Shown here piece after piece: positions 24,455 to 35,146 of a stretch of DNA of 64,000 nucleotides. The notes under the pieces are model-generated. The model saw only the letters and a program-made list of their open reading frames with translations, was not told the origin of the DNA and searched no databases. The stretch's first letter is position 1. Every line of letters begins with the position of its first letter. A program made the position numbers and the translations under genes. The DNA comes from a virus. Where the stretch lies: IMG/VR virus record IMGVR_UViG_3300050343_000150, positions 27,748-91,747 of that record, one strand, 5' to 3'.

Positions 24455-25679
24455 TCAATCAAAGAACCAACTGTCTTCATCTTCTTCTACGAAATCAATC
24501 TGTTCAGGACTTCCGCCTCTGTTTGTTACAACATATATTCCATTTACATTAATAGTAGTAGGATTTGGCGCACCTGTTTCATCTCTAGATTGAGATGTTC
24601 TACCTACAACGATAACATTAGAACCGATTCCAAAGTCAATATTTACATTAGAAGGAATCCAACATGTAGTTCCACTCCAACCTTCATTATCGAAATCGAA
24701 GTCAGTGTTTAAATCATCTAGATTGATAATACGATTACCATTGCTTGTTGGTGTCATGTTGATACTAGTTACACTTCCGTCAGTGAAAACGAATCTATCA
24801 GCATATGCCTTTGACATAACTTGACTATGATATCTATCTAAGTCTACTAATGGACTGTAATTACCTTCACAGTATTGCATAATAGAATCTTGTAGTGATA
24901 TTGAATCTACATTTCTTTTCATTTCTGAACCATCAGGTAAATCTATATTGTATACTAGTGATTCTAGTGTCTGTGTAGTTCCACCACTAATTGCTTCTTT
25001 GTTAAAGGAATTAGGTATACATGTAAAGTGTACAAATTCGAAGGTTTTAGGTTGGAAAGTCTTCGAAGAATCTCCCTTGTATGAGAAAAACCATTTCCCC
25101 ATTACACCATCAACTTCTCCCAAAAATACTCCACTTCTTCTATATTCTACCTTAGGTAGAGGTTTACCATAGTTTTTATTCCAATCACCTTGTCTAGTAT
25201 CTAATGGTACTATAAACTGTTGAGTATCTACTTCAACATGATTAGCAGGTAAATTATCCATTACTCGAATTACCTCTTCATTGTCTTTCATCATTCTTCC
25301 TTCGTATCCTTCGTCAAGTTGCGTGAAAATAGCAATCTTACCTAGGTCATATGTTGTAGCACTATCACGCATGTATTCATTTGTGATTCTCTCACGGTTC
25401 ATCTTAGCCATATCTCTAGCATCATCTAGAGCAATAAAGAAGCCAAATGCTGGCTTGAACAAACTGTTACTTGATTGTTGTTGTGTGTTCTGTCTTTTCA
25501 TTGCGTTTCTAGAATTGCTGAAGAATTGTCTCCAAAGTCCCCTTGCTAGAAGGGGTTCTTGTGACGCATCTACTGAGTTCTTAGAGCATATCTCCTCGAA
25601 CTTACTCAGTTGCATCTGACTCGGACATACCGAGCAGTTCTGCTGCTTTCCTTATTTCATTCATTATTTCATCATTCAT
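24455..25679 (-). CDS. Putative OB-fold ssDNA-binding protein (RPA/SSB-like); frameshift near 25615
   Basis: OB-like C-terminal segment (GSVTSI...DFGIGSNVIVVGRT), acidic-aromatic tail EEDEDSWFFD; likely start MNDEIMNEIRK at 25679. Confidence 0.55.
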
Positions 25680-25998
25680 ATTTATTTCTCCTTGTTTTTC
25701 ATTTGTTTTATTTCTACCAATCCTTCTGTTAGCATGACTAAGCCACACAATATCCAAAAGAAATTGGAATCTACGCTAATATAATTTAACGTGTTTAATA
25801 CTGGTAGTACTATTAGCAACGCACCACCTAACACTATAATCTCATATCTCAAGTAAAAGATGTTACATCATCTTGGTCTACGACTCCATCTTTATTAATA
25901 TCTAATTTACTCATTTTTTACCATCTGTTTCTAGGACCATTATCTAACATTTTAATTAATAATTCTCAATCCAATACAACCCTAAAATAACTCTATCA

Positions 25999-26917
25999 TT
26001 AAATCATCTGTCCTATCATCCAAGATGCCAAGCACTTTTGGAGTCATATTATTACTCCTCCATTCAGCCTCCCCGATAACGAAGCAATTTGAACTTCTTG
26101 GCGGATTGCATGTCTGTTTTTATAACAACATCATGTAAATTAATACATATAGTCTTCATATCAACGGAATCGTAAATCAATTTATGCACCTTCTCTAAAG
26201 CATTTTCATAGTTATTTTCATTTATCATTTTAATATTTCAGAGTATACGGTTCTAAATTTTTGTCTATTTGACTATTGAGAGAGCTTCTTACTGTTGGAT
26301 GCAGCCTGTAATTCAGTCAGCCCTCGTCTCATGTCACCCATGCAAATCTATAATAAACCTTTCTAAATCATCTTCGGGAATATGTGCATTTATTTCTTCT
26401 TTTCCAAAATTTCGTTAGAAATATCTAATGCATAGTTCTTTTATTCAATCTTTAAAATTATAGTTAGCACATCTTGATTGTAAAGGGTGTAATAATTTTA
26501 TGTCTATCATTACAGGTAATGATGAACCTACAATTATCTGCATACCTTTCCATAATTCTCTTCAATGCATTTTGTGCATCTTTAGTCATACCATCCATCT
26601 CATCTAATAAGAATAATCTTAAATGGAACATCACCTATCTTTTAGTAGAAGCTATTTCTTTGATTTGGTTTCTTACTGTTTCTAACCTTCCTATCATCAG
26701 AAGCATTAATCTCAAAGAAGTTATTTTCTTTGTGTTCCTTTAATAAGTCATTTGCTAGTGCTATACCTGCCGCAGTTTTACCTACTCCGGCTATACCGAA
26801 TAACAATACATTGGGCATGTTATTATTCTCTACCCAACTTTCAGCGTCAATTGTGAAAGCATATTGTCCTACTACATCTGCTAACTTAGTTGGCCTGTAT
26901 TTCTCTGTCCATAACAT
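25999..26917 (-). CDS. rfcS: Replication factor C small subunit (clamp loader); frameshifted
   Basis: WTEKYRP, GIAGVGKT, EINASDDR; LDEMD and 'SRC' motifs in shifted frames. Confidence 0.85.
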
Positions 26918-27396
26918 TATACCACTACCCTGAACCATGTTGGGGTTTCTGTTTTCCAAGTTGCAATGTGAGATTTTTCTATCATGTAGTAGTCTCGATA
27001 TGCCTTAACAGCAGTAGTATCTCTACAATAATCGGGCATTGCTTGCGCGAATGGTGTTAGTCCTATGTCCGGTAGTACGGAAAGAAGACTATCCCAAACT
27101 GGATTGTATTCTTTAATTACCAGTTCACACTTGTGTATCTTATTATATCTCTTGGTGTACTCATGACACAATGCAATTGCATGTGTTTTAAGCCATTCAA
27201 AATTCTGCTTGGATTCTCTAGCCCAAATAGTACAGGGATGATTTAACATTACAGGTTTGTAAGGACTATCAAATCCTAAGTGGTCTGCAATAGTTGACAT
27301 CATCTGTAAACTTTCTGTGGGCATTTTGACTGCGTGTTTATCTAACACATACGTTGCTGCTATTTTCGGGTTTTCATCTAATACAAATATATTCAT
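26917..27396 (-). CDS. Pyrimidine-dimer DNA glycosylase (T4 endonuclease V-like family)
   Basis: MNIFVLD..P...DKHAVKM..ESLQM, NHPCTIW, AQAMPD...AYRDYY. Confidence 0.8.
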   Translation of the reverse strand: MNIFVLDENPKIAATYVLDKHAVKMPTESLQMMSTIADHLGFDSPYKPVMLNHPCTIWARESKQNFEWLKTHAIALCHEYTKRYNKIHKCELVIKEYNPVWDSLLSVLPDIGLTPFAQAMPDYCRDTTAVKAYRDYYMIEKSHIATWKTETPTWFRVVV

Positions 27397-27412
27397 TTTT
27401 ATTCCTCATTTA

Positions 27413-28264
27413 TTATAACCATCTCATTAAAGAAGTGGAAGGTGTTACTGGTGTTTTTGTTTTACTGGTTCTATTTTTACGTAGTTTAAGTACTCTCAGT
27501 TCAGTGACTGAAAGTGTGTTTTTACAGTAGTCCTGAAAATCAGGGCTTTTTAGTAAGTCTTTGAAAAGATATACTTGAGAAGGCCGCATTTTAAGCCTCC
27601 GCAAAATTCTCGGTAATCTAGAATACTCTTTTCTTTGTGGTGGTGTCATCTTTCTGTACATTCTACCATCGTGGGCATATGCTAACATCTCGTAGAAGTA
27701 TGTTTTATTCCATTTTCTTTTTACTTTAGCATCAATAAACATTAATTTGTTAGGGTGAATATTGGGTGCTAGCCAAGAGATAAATTGTATATCAGCAGGT
27801 TCTGAAATTTTCAACATGTCTGCAATAACATCTCTATTTGAATTACGAAGGTAGTCGCCTACCATGGTGAAAATATCTACTTCATAATTTTGAGGTTCAA
27901 CTGAACGTGGTGCGATTTCATTTATTTCGTCTCGTAATGATTTCTTGGTTGCTCTTTTTAGTTTACATAAATTGTATAACTTCTTAGGTACATCTTTTTG
28001 ATTCATAGAACACAAAACTGTTTGTCCTCTATATTGTAAGATGGTTTTTCTAATTAAGTCAATATTAGGTTTGTAATTACACTCTCTGATAATTATTCCA
28101 ACATCAGCAGGAATACTTAGGTTGTCTTCGATATCATATTCATTAGCATACACGATGATAGGAGTATCTGATGTGTATTCTTTTGCTTTAGTTATTTTAT
28201 CTGTGCCTTCTTTTCCTACTATTATTATTGCTCTATTTTTATTGTTCATTGTCAATAGACTCAT
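27413..28264 (-). CDS. Degenerate AAA+ protein, possible clamp-loader large subunit
   Basis: IIIVGKEGTDK degenerate Walker A; near rfcS; C-terminal 'SLMRWL' PIP-like end. Confidence 0.45.
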   Translation of the reverse strand: MSLLTMNNKNRAIIIVGKEGTDKITKAKEYTSDTPIIVYANEYDIEDNLSIPADVGIIIRECNYKPNIDLIRKTILQYRGQTVLCSMNQKDVPKKLYNLCKLKRATKKSLRDEINEIAPRSVEPQNYEVDIFTMVGDYLRNSNRDVIADMLKISEPADIQFISWLAPNIHPNKLMFIDAKVKRKWNKTYFYEMLAYAHDGRMYRKMTPPQRKEYSRLPRILRRLKMRPSQVYLFKDLLKSPDFQDYCKNTLSVTELRVLKLRKNRTSKTKTPVTPSTSLMRWL

Positions 28265-28556
28265 TTACAGCCCTCACTTCCATTATTTCTTCGTAAGTAG
28301 TTTTACATTGGTTACAATTTACTACTATTATGAACCAACGTAAGTCATTTTCATACTTTACTCCTGCTTCATATGAGAATGTTTTACTGCCACATTCTCT
28401 ACATCCATCTGAAACCCGTCTCAAAACATGGTGTTCAATGATGTCTTCGTCTGAAATCTTGTCTCCTGCACCTTTGACATATGATACTGTCAATTGACAA
28501 GGGACACAGTAATCAGAAACTGTTTCTCTTAAATTACATCTAGGACACAATTTCAT
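28239..28556 (-). CDS. Zinc-binding protein
   Basis: Four CxxC pairs. Confidence 0.6.
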   Translation of the reverse strand: MKLCPRCNLRETVSDYCVPCQLTVSYVKGAGDKISDEDIIEHHVLRRVSDGCRECGSKTFSYEAGVKYENDLRWFIIVVNCNQCKTTYEEIMEVRAVNESIDNEQ

Positions 28557-28948
28557 AATAACCCCTTCATAGTTAAAATTTCATCTAATCCACTTGCGGA
28601 TAAGTGTTGTTTAGATTTTACCATGAATAATGTTTTAGTGAACGTTGTCCATTCTCCATTAGTCGGTGTATCCAAAGTTAACAAATTTAGAACTCTTGTT
28701 AAATTATCTAATCCACTAATTATTAATATTGGTCTTGGTCTACCTTTGTGTTCCGATTCTTTGTAGTTAGATGTTATCTCATATTGTAATAGAGAACGTT
28801 GAATCCCTAATAGAAAATCAGAATTACCCCTAATACATATTCTCAATCTAACTCTATAACCTAAATTAGATTTGGGACTACGCACAATATTTACCTCCGC
28901 ACTAGCAAGAGAAATGAATATTCCATTCAATGTATCGCTGTTGTACAT
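28553..28948 (-). CDS. Single-domain LAGLIDADG-like protein, degenerate
   Basis: LNGIFISLAS helix, GYRVRLRI, KQHLSASGLDEI tail typical of LAGLIDADG proteins; no acidic catalytic residue in the motif. Confidence 0.6.
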   Translation of the reverse strand: MYNSDTLNGIFISLASAEVNIVRSPKSNLGYRVRLRICIRGNSDFLLGIQRSLLQYEITSNYKESEHKGRPRPILIISGLDNLTRVLNLLTLDTPTNGEWTTFTKTLFMVKSKQHLSASGLDEILTMKGLL

Positions 28949-28970
28949 AGTACTACGATACAGTTGTAGT

Positions 28971-28983
28971 CAATATATGTTGC
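28971..28983 (-). promoter_or_regulatory. Putative minus-strand promoter (AACATATAT motif)
   Basis: About 26-33 nt upstream of ATG 28948; similar motif at 31625-31634 and 41761-41769. Confidence 0.45.
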
Positions 28984-30515
28984 TACAAATTATCGCTTAC
29001 AGTGATAATTGTGTCACATTCTGACGGATACTTATCATCTCTAATTCTTAGAATTCTAGGAAACCTCATACCATAAGAACCGTCTTGATTTTTTGTTATT
29101 GCATCACAACTAACTTCTACTACAATTCTAGGTAAGAAATAGAAAGTGTCTGCTTTATATGAATCAACAATCTTCTTTAGTCGAACTGTTAAAGAATCTA
29201 ACTCTTTCTCGGAAACTCCACTACCAACCTGTCCTATTTCAGTAAACCCTGTTATTGAATTATCATCCCTTACAGAAACACCGAAACTAGATATTACAGT
29301 AGTTCTTCTACCAGTTCCATAGTTGCCGGATGTAATTACTAAATCCAACTCAACCCTAGGAGGTTTATGTTTTAATAAACTACTACTTCTCTTAGATTCG
29401 TATGGGGAATCTAAGTTTTTTATCATAATACCTTCGAACCCGTCGTTAATTGCTGTGTAATATGCGGCTTCGATATTGTTATGGGAATACAATTTAGTTT
29501 GATATTCTGTTGGTACTAACTTCTTTAACACATCTAATCTAGATTCGTAAGTATTATCTATTAATACATTTGACTCACTTAACAGAATATCGAATATTAC
29601 TAGTTTAACAGGACACTTAAGAATGGCTTCTGCTTTATCCTTAGAATGTACTCTTGTTGCTAATGATTGATGTGCTGTCGGTTGACCTATATTGTCTACT
29701 GGATAAATCTCACAGTCAAATATTGCACTCTGTGTACTGAACATCAAAACTATTTCAACTATATCTGAATATTGTTCAGTTACTATTTTTCCCTTTCGGT
29801 TAAAGATGATTACACTATCTCCATGTCTATGTATCTGATATCGGTTTCCATCATACTTAGTATCAATTATATAATTGGTTGGTAAATTTTTACCATTGTA
29901 CTTTTTAGCCAACATAGGTTTAACATATGCCCCGTGTACTAAGTTAGGCGGCGTTATATCATTCTCAAGATAGTGTACTATCATCGATAACGAATTAGTT
30001 TTCGCATACACATCGACTTCTGAAGTGTAGTATTTAGATAATGTTTTAGTTACTATACTACAATCAACGCCATTTCTAGGTGTCCTCAACCAATATCTAA
30101 CAAACCATTTTAATTCCAAAGCAGACATACTTCTTATTGCATCTCTTATGGTGTAGAAACTATTAGAATTCATAGAAGAACAATCTAGTTCTAACAATCT
30201 ATGAAATTGCTCAGTAGATATTTGTGAATCAGAAGGACTTAAAGAAAACCCTTCTTGAATAAGGCCTTCACCTAAATCTAACCACTTGTGAGTAGCGTCT
30301 TCTATTTCCCATTCAAACACACCAAATATATCTGCTAACCATTTGACTGCTTTTTTCTCTGCTATATTGTTCATCTCATATTCACGTGATAAAATTCTGA
30401 TAACTCTTGGTTTATCAGTAAAGTGAGATAGACTGGAATTAAGTATCTCTATTTTTCTTGTTGGTGTTACGGATTCTAGTGCTTCACACATCCTGCTCAT
30501 TTTTATTAAACTCAT
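28983..30515 (-). CDS. lig: ATP-dependent DNA ligase
   Basis: KYDGNR, FDCE, FDIL, EGIMIK, VGSG, RFPRILRIRDDK. Confidence 0.95.
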   Translation of the reverse strand: MSLIKMSRMCEALESVTPTRKIEILNSSLSHFTDKPRVIRILSREYEMNNIAEKKAVKWLADIFGVFEWEIEDATHKWLDLGEGLIQEGFSLSPSDSQISTEQFHRLLELDCSSMNSNSFYTIRDAIRSMSALELKWFVRYWLRTPRNGVDCSIVTKTLSKYYTSEVDVYAKTNSLSMIVHYLENDITPPNLVHGAYVKPMLAKKYNGKNLPTNYIIDTKYDGNRYQIHRHGDSVIIFNRKGKIVTEQYSDIVEIVLMFSTQSAIFDCEIYPVDNIGQPTAHQSLATRVHSKDKAEAILKCPVKLVIFDILLSESNVLIDNTYESRLDVLKKLVPTEYQTKLYSHNNIEAAYYTAINDGFEGIMIKNLDSPYESKRSSSLLKHKPPRVELDLVITSGNYGTGRRTTVISSFGVSVRDDNSITGFTEIGQVGSGVSEKELDSLTVRLKKIVDSYKADTFYFLPRIVVEVSCDAITKNQDGSYGMRFPRILRIRDDKYPSECDTIITVSDNL

Positions 30516-30732
30516 TATTATTCCTCATTTTAATTACTTTTTCGAGAGCCTTGTGAACATCTTTCATCTCGTCCATGTTCATTCTAATACCTTTTTTGGT
30601 AGGATTACCATTTATATGCCAACGCACATCTACTACATGTAATTTCCAATATTCGCCAGTTCTGATGATTAACTCATTACTAGCGTCTCTTGGTATTCTC
30701 GCAATTATTTTTTCATCCTTCAAGCCAACCAC
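30484..30732 (-). CDS. PC4/YdbC-like ssDNA-binding protein
   Basis: VDVRWH...PTKKGI signature. Confidence 0.8.
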   Translation of the reverse strand: MVGLKDEKIIARIPRDASNELIIRTGEYWKLHVVDVRWHINGNPTKKGIRMNMDEMKDVHKALEKVIKMRNNNEFNKNEQDV

Positions 30733-31126
30733 TCCTAAATTGTTGTAGGGTTTTCCACGACTTAAAATATCGTGGTGATTCTTGTTTATCTATTCTGTGT
30801 GCAACCCAAACAACACCACCGAGACTACTTATCTTAACCAATTCATACGTTTTACCTTCAACATCGAACATATCTTCTGTTTGCACATCAGGTACTAAAC
30901 CAAACTTCTGTGATAACTCATTAGCCACCTCATCCATATGTTCAGCGACATACTGAACAATCAAATGTCTTTGTATTGGTACTTTAGCATCAACTGTTAC
31001 CTTAATCTTACCCTGCATTTCACATACCTTACATTTATTACCTTCACAAATAGGACAAGGGATTTCCGCAGGTAGCGGAGCAGGAAAGCGAATTGTTACA
31101 GCCTTCTTCATATTCTGCCATCCCAA
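30713..31126 (-). CDS. Zn-finger protein (DnaJ-type CxxCxG repeats)
   Basis: CPICEGNKCKVCEMQG. Confidence 0.55.
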   Translation of the reverse strand: MGWQNMKKAVTIRFPAPLPAEIPCPICEGNKCKVCEMQGKIKVTVDAKVPIQRHLIVQYVAEHMDEVANELSQKFGLVPDVQTEDMFDVEGKTYELVKISSLGGVVWVAHRIDKQESPRYFKSWKTLQQFRSGWLEG

Positions 31127-31596
31127 ATTCTGTATGTTACTTCGTAGGTAACAGTTACATCAAAAGGAAATGCTGCGAAATGTAAAGTGGCATTGCCAAA
31201 TTCAGGAGCGAGTCCTTCTTGCCAATATACCTTCCCATTAACAGTATCCTGTACAATATATCCTCTCATATCAAAAGAATAATTGTTAAAGATAACTGTA
31301 TTGTTAGTCACAGTGAAACTTAGGTGGGTAGCGGTATAATTTAGACCACCTATCTCTAACGCTCCATATGATGTATTAACATCTAACCATATAGTAGGAG
31401 CATAGATTAACGTTTGATTAGTGTTGTTGCTCATTTCTAATGTAAACTCTCCTGTTTCTGTTACCCATTCGTTTGTTGGTTCATCATCACTAAAAATTTC
31501 ACTTGGTGATGGTATGCTCTCTGTACATCCTGCTAGCATTATACACACTAGAAGTAATGATATTATTTGTTGTTTCATAGTCGTCATAGTATTCAA
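31108..31596 (-). CDS. Predicted lipoprotein
   Basis: Hydrophobic signal ending in lipobox LAGC; several NxT/S sequons. Confidence 0.7.
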   Translation of the reverse strand: MNTMTTMKQQIISLLLVCIMLAGCTESIPSPSEIFSDDEPTNEWVTETGEFTLEMSNNTNQTLIYAPTIWLDVNTSYGALEIGGLNYTATHLSFTVTNNTVIFNNYSFDMRGYIVQDTVNGKVYWQEGLAPEFGNATLHFAAFPFDVTVTYEVTYRIWDGRI

Positions 31597-31699
31597 CCTA
31601 TTACTTCGGAGATAGTGGAAGGCTATATATGTTACACCATTCAGTTAAAGATTAAACCGAATTCAACTAATGTTGTTTGTCTACTGTTTTCTATATTCA

Positions 31700-32245
31700 T
31701 TATTCTTCCTCCAATGCTTTTTCTGCTGCTTCAACCCATGCCGGTTTCTTAGAACCTTCTTTTTGATAAATAGCATAGTTTACTTTCTTTGCAATTTCTG
31801 TTGCTGTATCATATGCAATATATTGGTTATCACCTAATACAGTTGCACTTAACATTACAGATTTCCATGTATGTATAGTGTTCCAATCTGTTCCGCTAAA
31901 GAATGCTTGACCAAAAGGGTGTGTGTGTATCCAACATTTGATTGGTAATTTCATACCACCTAGTTGTTCTTCTTGGTCCTTGAAACTAACGAAACCAAAC
32001 GTCCCTACACTAATGTATAAATCATCTTTGCTATCTACAATAACTTGTACTTCTCTAGGAGAATCAAATGCATTCAATGACATGTCCCAAATAACAGAAT
32101 AAAATGCTTCTGTTGCTGCATTAGGATATGGATAACTAAACTGTATTTGTTGAAATACTTGTCTAATATTATCCTGCCATTTCTCATCCTTAATTTCAAT
32201 TTTATTTTCTATCCAATCACTATCTTCTGTTTTTATTTCATTCAT
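31700..32245 (-). CDS. JAB/JAMM (MPN+) metallo-isopeptidase
   Basis: REVQ Glu, WIHTHP, FSGTD = E...HxHx7Sx2D. Confidence 0.85.
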   Translation of the reverse strand: MNEIKTEDSDWIENKIEIKDEKWQDNIRQVFQQIQFSYPYPNAATEAFYSVIWDMSLNAFDSPREVQVIVDSKDDLYISVGTFGFVSFKDQEEQLGGMKLPIKCWIHTHPFGQAFFSGTDWNTIHTWKSVMLSATVLGDNQYIAYDTATEIAKKVNYAIYQKEGSKKPAWVEAAEKALEEE

Positions 32246-32507
32246 TTTCCAACACTTCCTTTGCTTTAAGCAATGCTCCCACTAAATTATTAATGTCTCT
32301 AGCGTGTAGAGGTTCATTACTATTCATAAAAGCCATTTTTAATCTGACTGCCATAACCACTGTATCATTACAGTTACTACAACACCTACCATTATTTATT
32401 GGTTCTGCGTTATGTCCTTCTGTCCAATAAGGCACACCTTCTTCTGTATATTTAATATCTATTACATCTTCACATATACTACATTGTTTCATTTCTATTT
32501 TATTCAT
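32238..32507 (-). CDS. Small Zn-finger protein
   Basis: CSIC...GHNAEP..GRCCSNCN. Confidence 0.6.
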   Translation of the reverse strand: MNKIEMKQCSICEDVIDIKYTEEGVPYWTEGHNAEPINNGRCCSNCNDTVVMAVRLKMAFMNSNEPLHARDINNLVGALLKAKEVLENE

Positions 32508-32750
32508 TTATATTCCTCCCATTTGTTTTACTATTGTATCCTGAGCATTTTCAAATTCATGATATGCTCTATGACCTGCAATGAATCCACCTGCATGTCT
32601 TTTAGTTCCTAAGAACTCTTCACCACAAGCAGGGCAAGATACTTGCACAATCTCTGCTTGTTTGTAATATCCGTCGGTAGATATCACATCCATTATTTCA
32701 CCGACATCTTCTTCTGATATATCATCTATGTTTGCGTCTTCTTTACTCAT
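32508..32750 (-). CDS. Small C2H2-like Zn protein
   Basis: CPAC...H...H. Confidence 0.55.
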   Translation of the reverse strand: MSKEDANIDDISEEDVGEIMDVISTDGYYKQAEIVQVSCPACGEEFLGTKRHAGGFIAGHRAYHEFENAQDTIVKQMGGI

Positions 32751-33016
32751 ATTTTCACCTTCAAATAATACCTCAATGTTTTAGTTGGTTTGGGTATGTG
32801 TTCCAACGGAGATTCTACTTTCCTCTTGATAGTTTTCTTTACATCGACTTTCGATACTTCTTGTCGTACAAGTATATCTCTTCTATATTGTTCCCTCCAC
32901 ATAACTTGAATACAGTCATTACATAACCTTCTACTATTTGCCAAGTGTTCAGGAACAGGCTCATCCTCTTTACCACAAAGAGTCTTACCTAATATTGAGA
33001 AGCAGATGTACTTCAT
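32747..33016 (-). CDS. Small Zn-binding protein
   Basis: C...TLCG...CNDC. Confidence 0.5.
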   Translation of the reverse strand: MKYICFSILGKTLCGKEDEPVPEHLANSRRLCNDCIQVMWREQYRRDILVRQEVSKVDVKKTIKRKVESPLEHIPKPTKTLRYYLKVKI

Positions 33017-33243
33017 TCTCCCTTCTCCTTGTAGGCAGGATGTGTCTTCGGCAACCTGTGCAGTCTTCTCACAATCATATTGTTTACTAAAGCAGCAGCA
33101 GATTCTGCACCGTCATTAAATCTCTTTAACGCGACTGCATCTCCGGTCGGACACATCTCTTGTTCCAGTAAAGTTAGGTCTATCTCATTCATGATAAATT
33201 TCAATACTTCATACTCGACATGAATTTTAGATGCTGCTCTCAT
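33013..33243 (-). CDS. Hypothetical protein
   Basis: ATGA overlaps on both sides. Confidence 0.55.
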   Translation of the reverse strand: MRAASKIHVEYEVLKFIMNEIDLTLLEQEMCPTGDAVALKRFNDGAESAAALVNNMIVRRLHRLPKTHPAYKEKGE

Positions 33244-33836
33244 AGGTTCACCATCTTCATATCTATAACATCATCATTATCATTAAACCAACGTTGAATC
33301 CACTGAACACCCATACCTGCTATTACCATATTCATACAGTTAATATCTTCCGCACTACCATCCCATGATTGTGCTTGACATGAAAAAGAACCTTCTTCTC
33401 CTGCTAAAAGAGTATTCATTAAGTCCGGATTTATTTTGTATGATACTAATGCAGCGTTCCTTCCAGTGGAACGTAGGTCTAACCACTTTAATTTTGTATC
33501 ATTCCCAAAACCCTGTTTGTATAATAAACGTCTTACTGCTAGGTTATCTGCACAACAGATAACTAAATCATATCCTTTAAGTTGTTTTTCTACAAGTACA
33601 TTAAATGGTTGTGCGTTAATACCTTGGATACATTCTACTTTCTTTTCACCTATATCTAATTCATCAAATGCTTGATAACCAAGATTCTTTCTATCCACAA
33701 CATCATCGTCAAATACAGTAATGTCATACAGATGAGTATTTGGAGTGTTATTCCTGTGTGCTTGATTCATTCTCTTGAGAAACTGTACTAGATAACTACC
33801 AATTCCTCCTGCTCCTACAATCATAACTCTTCTCAT
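33240..33836 (-). CDS. ThiF/MoeB/E1-like adenylyltransferase (Ubl-activating enzyme)
   Basis: VGAGGIGS, FDDDVVDRKNL, K, CCADNLAVR, WLD, and FSCQ Cys at the crossover-loop position. Confidence 0.9.
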   Translation of the reverse strand: MRRVMIVGAGGIGSYLVQFLKRMNQAHRNNTPNTHLYDITVFDDDVVDRKNLGYQAFDELDIGEKKVECIQGINAQPFNVLVEKQLKGYDLVICCADNLAVRRLLYKQGFGNDTKLKWLDLRSTGRNAALVSYKINPDLMNTLLAGEEGSFSCQAQSWDGSAEDINCMNMVIAGMGVQWIQRWFNDNDDVIDMKMVNL

Positions 33837-34105
33837 TTCAAATCACCTTCCCAAATACCACTGAAAAGTATTAGGGTTTGTTCATCTATTTCCGATGTAA
33901 ATATTGTACCGCTTCTCATATGTATATCAATTACATACATTGCCTTCTTCAACATTGAAGTTGGGGTTTTAGCCACGGTAAAGGCAACACATTCGGATAC
34001 ATCTATTGTTGTCATTCCACTTTTAGTTTCTATCTTTATTTTCTTTCTGTTCATTTTCATTATCTCCATAATATATTTTTTGTTGTTGTTGGTGTCTCCA
34101 TGCAT
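33833..34105 (-). CDS. Small hypothetical protein (paralog family)
   Basis: IDVSECVAFT...YVIDIHMRSG. Confidence 0.5.
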   Translation of the reverse strand: MHGDTNNNKKYIMEIMKMNRKKIKIETKSGMTTIDVSECVAFTVAKTPTSMLKKAMYVIDIHMRSGTIFTSEIDEQTLILFSGIWEGDLK

Positions 34106-34280
34106 CGATTATTTCATGCGTGATTCCATCCATTGTTGCGCCTACGACACTTAGTGCATCTTCTAACACAGTTCTTCGCACTACATTCCTCAACTGTGGT
34201 AGTTTTTCGTATTCTTCTATTACCATACTAAAATGGTATTGCATTTTCTTTAGTGTTTGTATTATATTATCTTCCATCAA
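34023..34280 (-). CDS. Hypothetical protein
   Basis: ORF overlapping the tfb stop. Confidence 0.45.
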   Translation of the reverse strand: MMEDNIIQTLKKMQYHFSMVIEEYEKLPQLRNVVRRTVLEDALSVVGATMDGITHEIIDAWRHQQQQKIYYGDNENEQKENKDRN

Positions 34281-35146
34281 TATGCCCCGCTTAAAAATTG
34301 GTCTACATCCATTTCCATTAGTTCTTTTTTAGTAAGACCTAATGAATTAGACAAGTCCTTGGTTGCCATACGCAATCCGATTGTAGAAGCATTTCCTGAC
34401 TTATCTACTAACTCTGTTTGTGTATGGATTTCATCTTCCATCTGTCCTACTAACCAAAGAGTAGCACAGATTAAATTGGTAGTATATCTTTTACCAACCT
34501 CATTGAAAAACACTTCAATGTGTTCAACAACTCGTATTGATTTACTTCTATAATTAGAAGATACATTATCTAATTTGTCAAGAATACCTATTGTTATTAG
34601 AACAGGGTTATGTGATGACAGTATGTGTGATTTTCTAAAGAATCTTGCAATACGTTTTGCGTATTTAGATATCTTACTTTTACTCACTTTACTATATCCA
34701 CTGTGTTGTTTCAAAACAACTGGGACACCTGCCTCCTTTAACATAAAATATGTTAATGCTGCTGCTCTATCTTCTATTGGTATACCTCGTAAAACATGTT
34801 CATTTTTTAATGAGATAAAATATCCTTTGACACTATTCCTAATGTCTGAGGAAACATTGTAATAAGACAATATCATATTACACAATCTAAACATTCTCTT
34901 ATCTGCTTCAGTATAGGGATTGCTCCAAATATTTTGTGTTTTAAGTCTATAACTCATCTTAGTAGGAGTTTCAATAATATGAGAACCTAAATCTCTTGTT
35001 ACTTCGTAAGAAGAATCTTCTTTCCACTTAACCGTCTCTTCAAAGGGTCGTATCATTTGAATCAACCCACAACTTGAACACACTTTTTCACCCAATACTT
35101 CGTCGAAGTAGTATGTATTGTGATTACACTCAACGCAAGCCATCAT
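34277..35146 (-). CDS. tfb: Transcription initiation factor B (TFB/TFIIB) homolog
   Basis: N-terminal Zn ribbon CVEC...GEKVCSSCG; cyclin-fold repeats with RG.PIE..AAA..Y. Confidence 0.8.
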   Translation of the reverse strand: MMACVECNHNTYYFDEVLGEKVCSSCGLIQMIRPFEETVKWKEDSSYEVTRDLGSHIIETPTKMSYRLKTQNIWSNPYTEADKRMFRLCNMILSYYNVSSDIRNSVKGYFISLKNEHVLRGIPIEDRAAALTYFMLKEAGVPVVLKQHSGYSKVSKSKISKYAKRIARFFRKSHILSSHNPVLITIGILDKLDNVSSNYRSKSIRVVEHIEVFFNEVGKRYTTNLICATLWLVGQMEDEIHTQTELVDKSGNASTIGLRMATKDLSNSLGLTKKELMEMDVDQFLSGAY

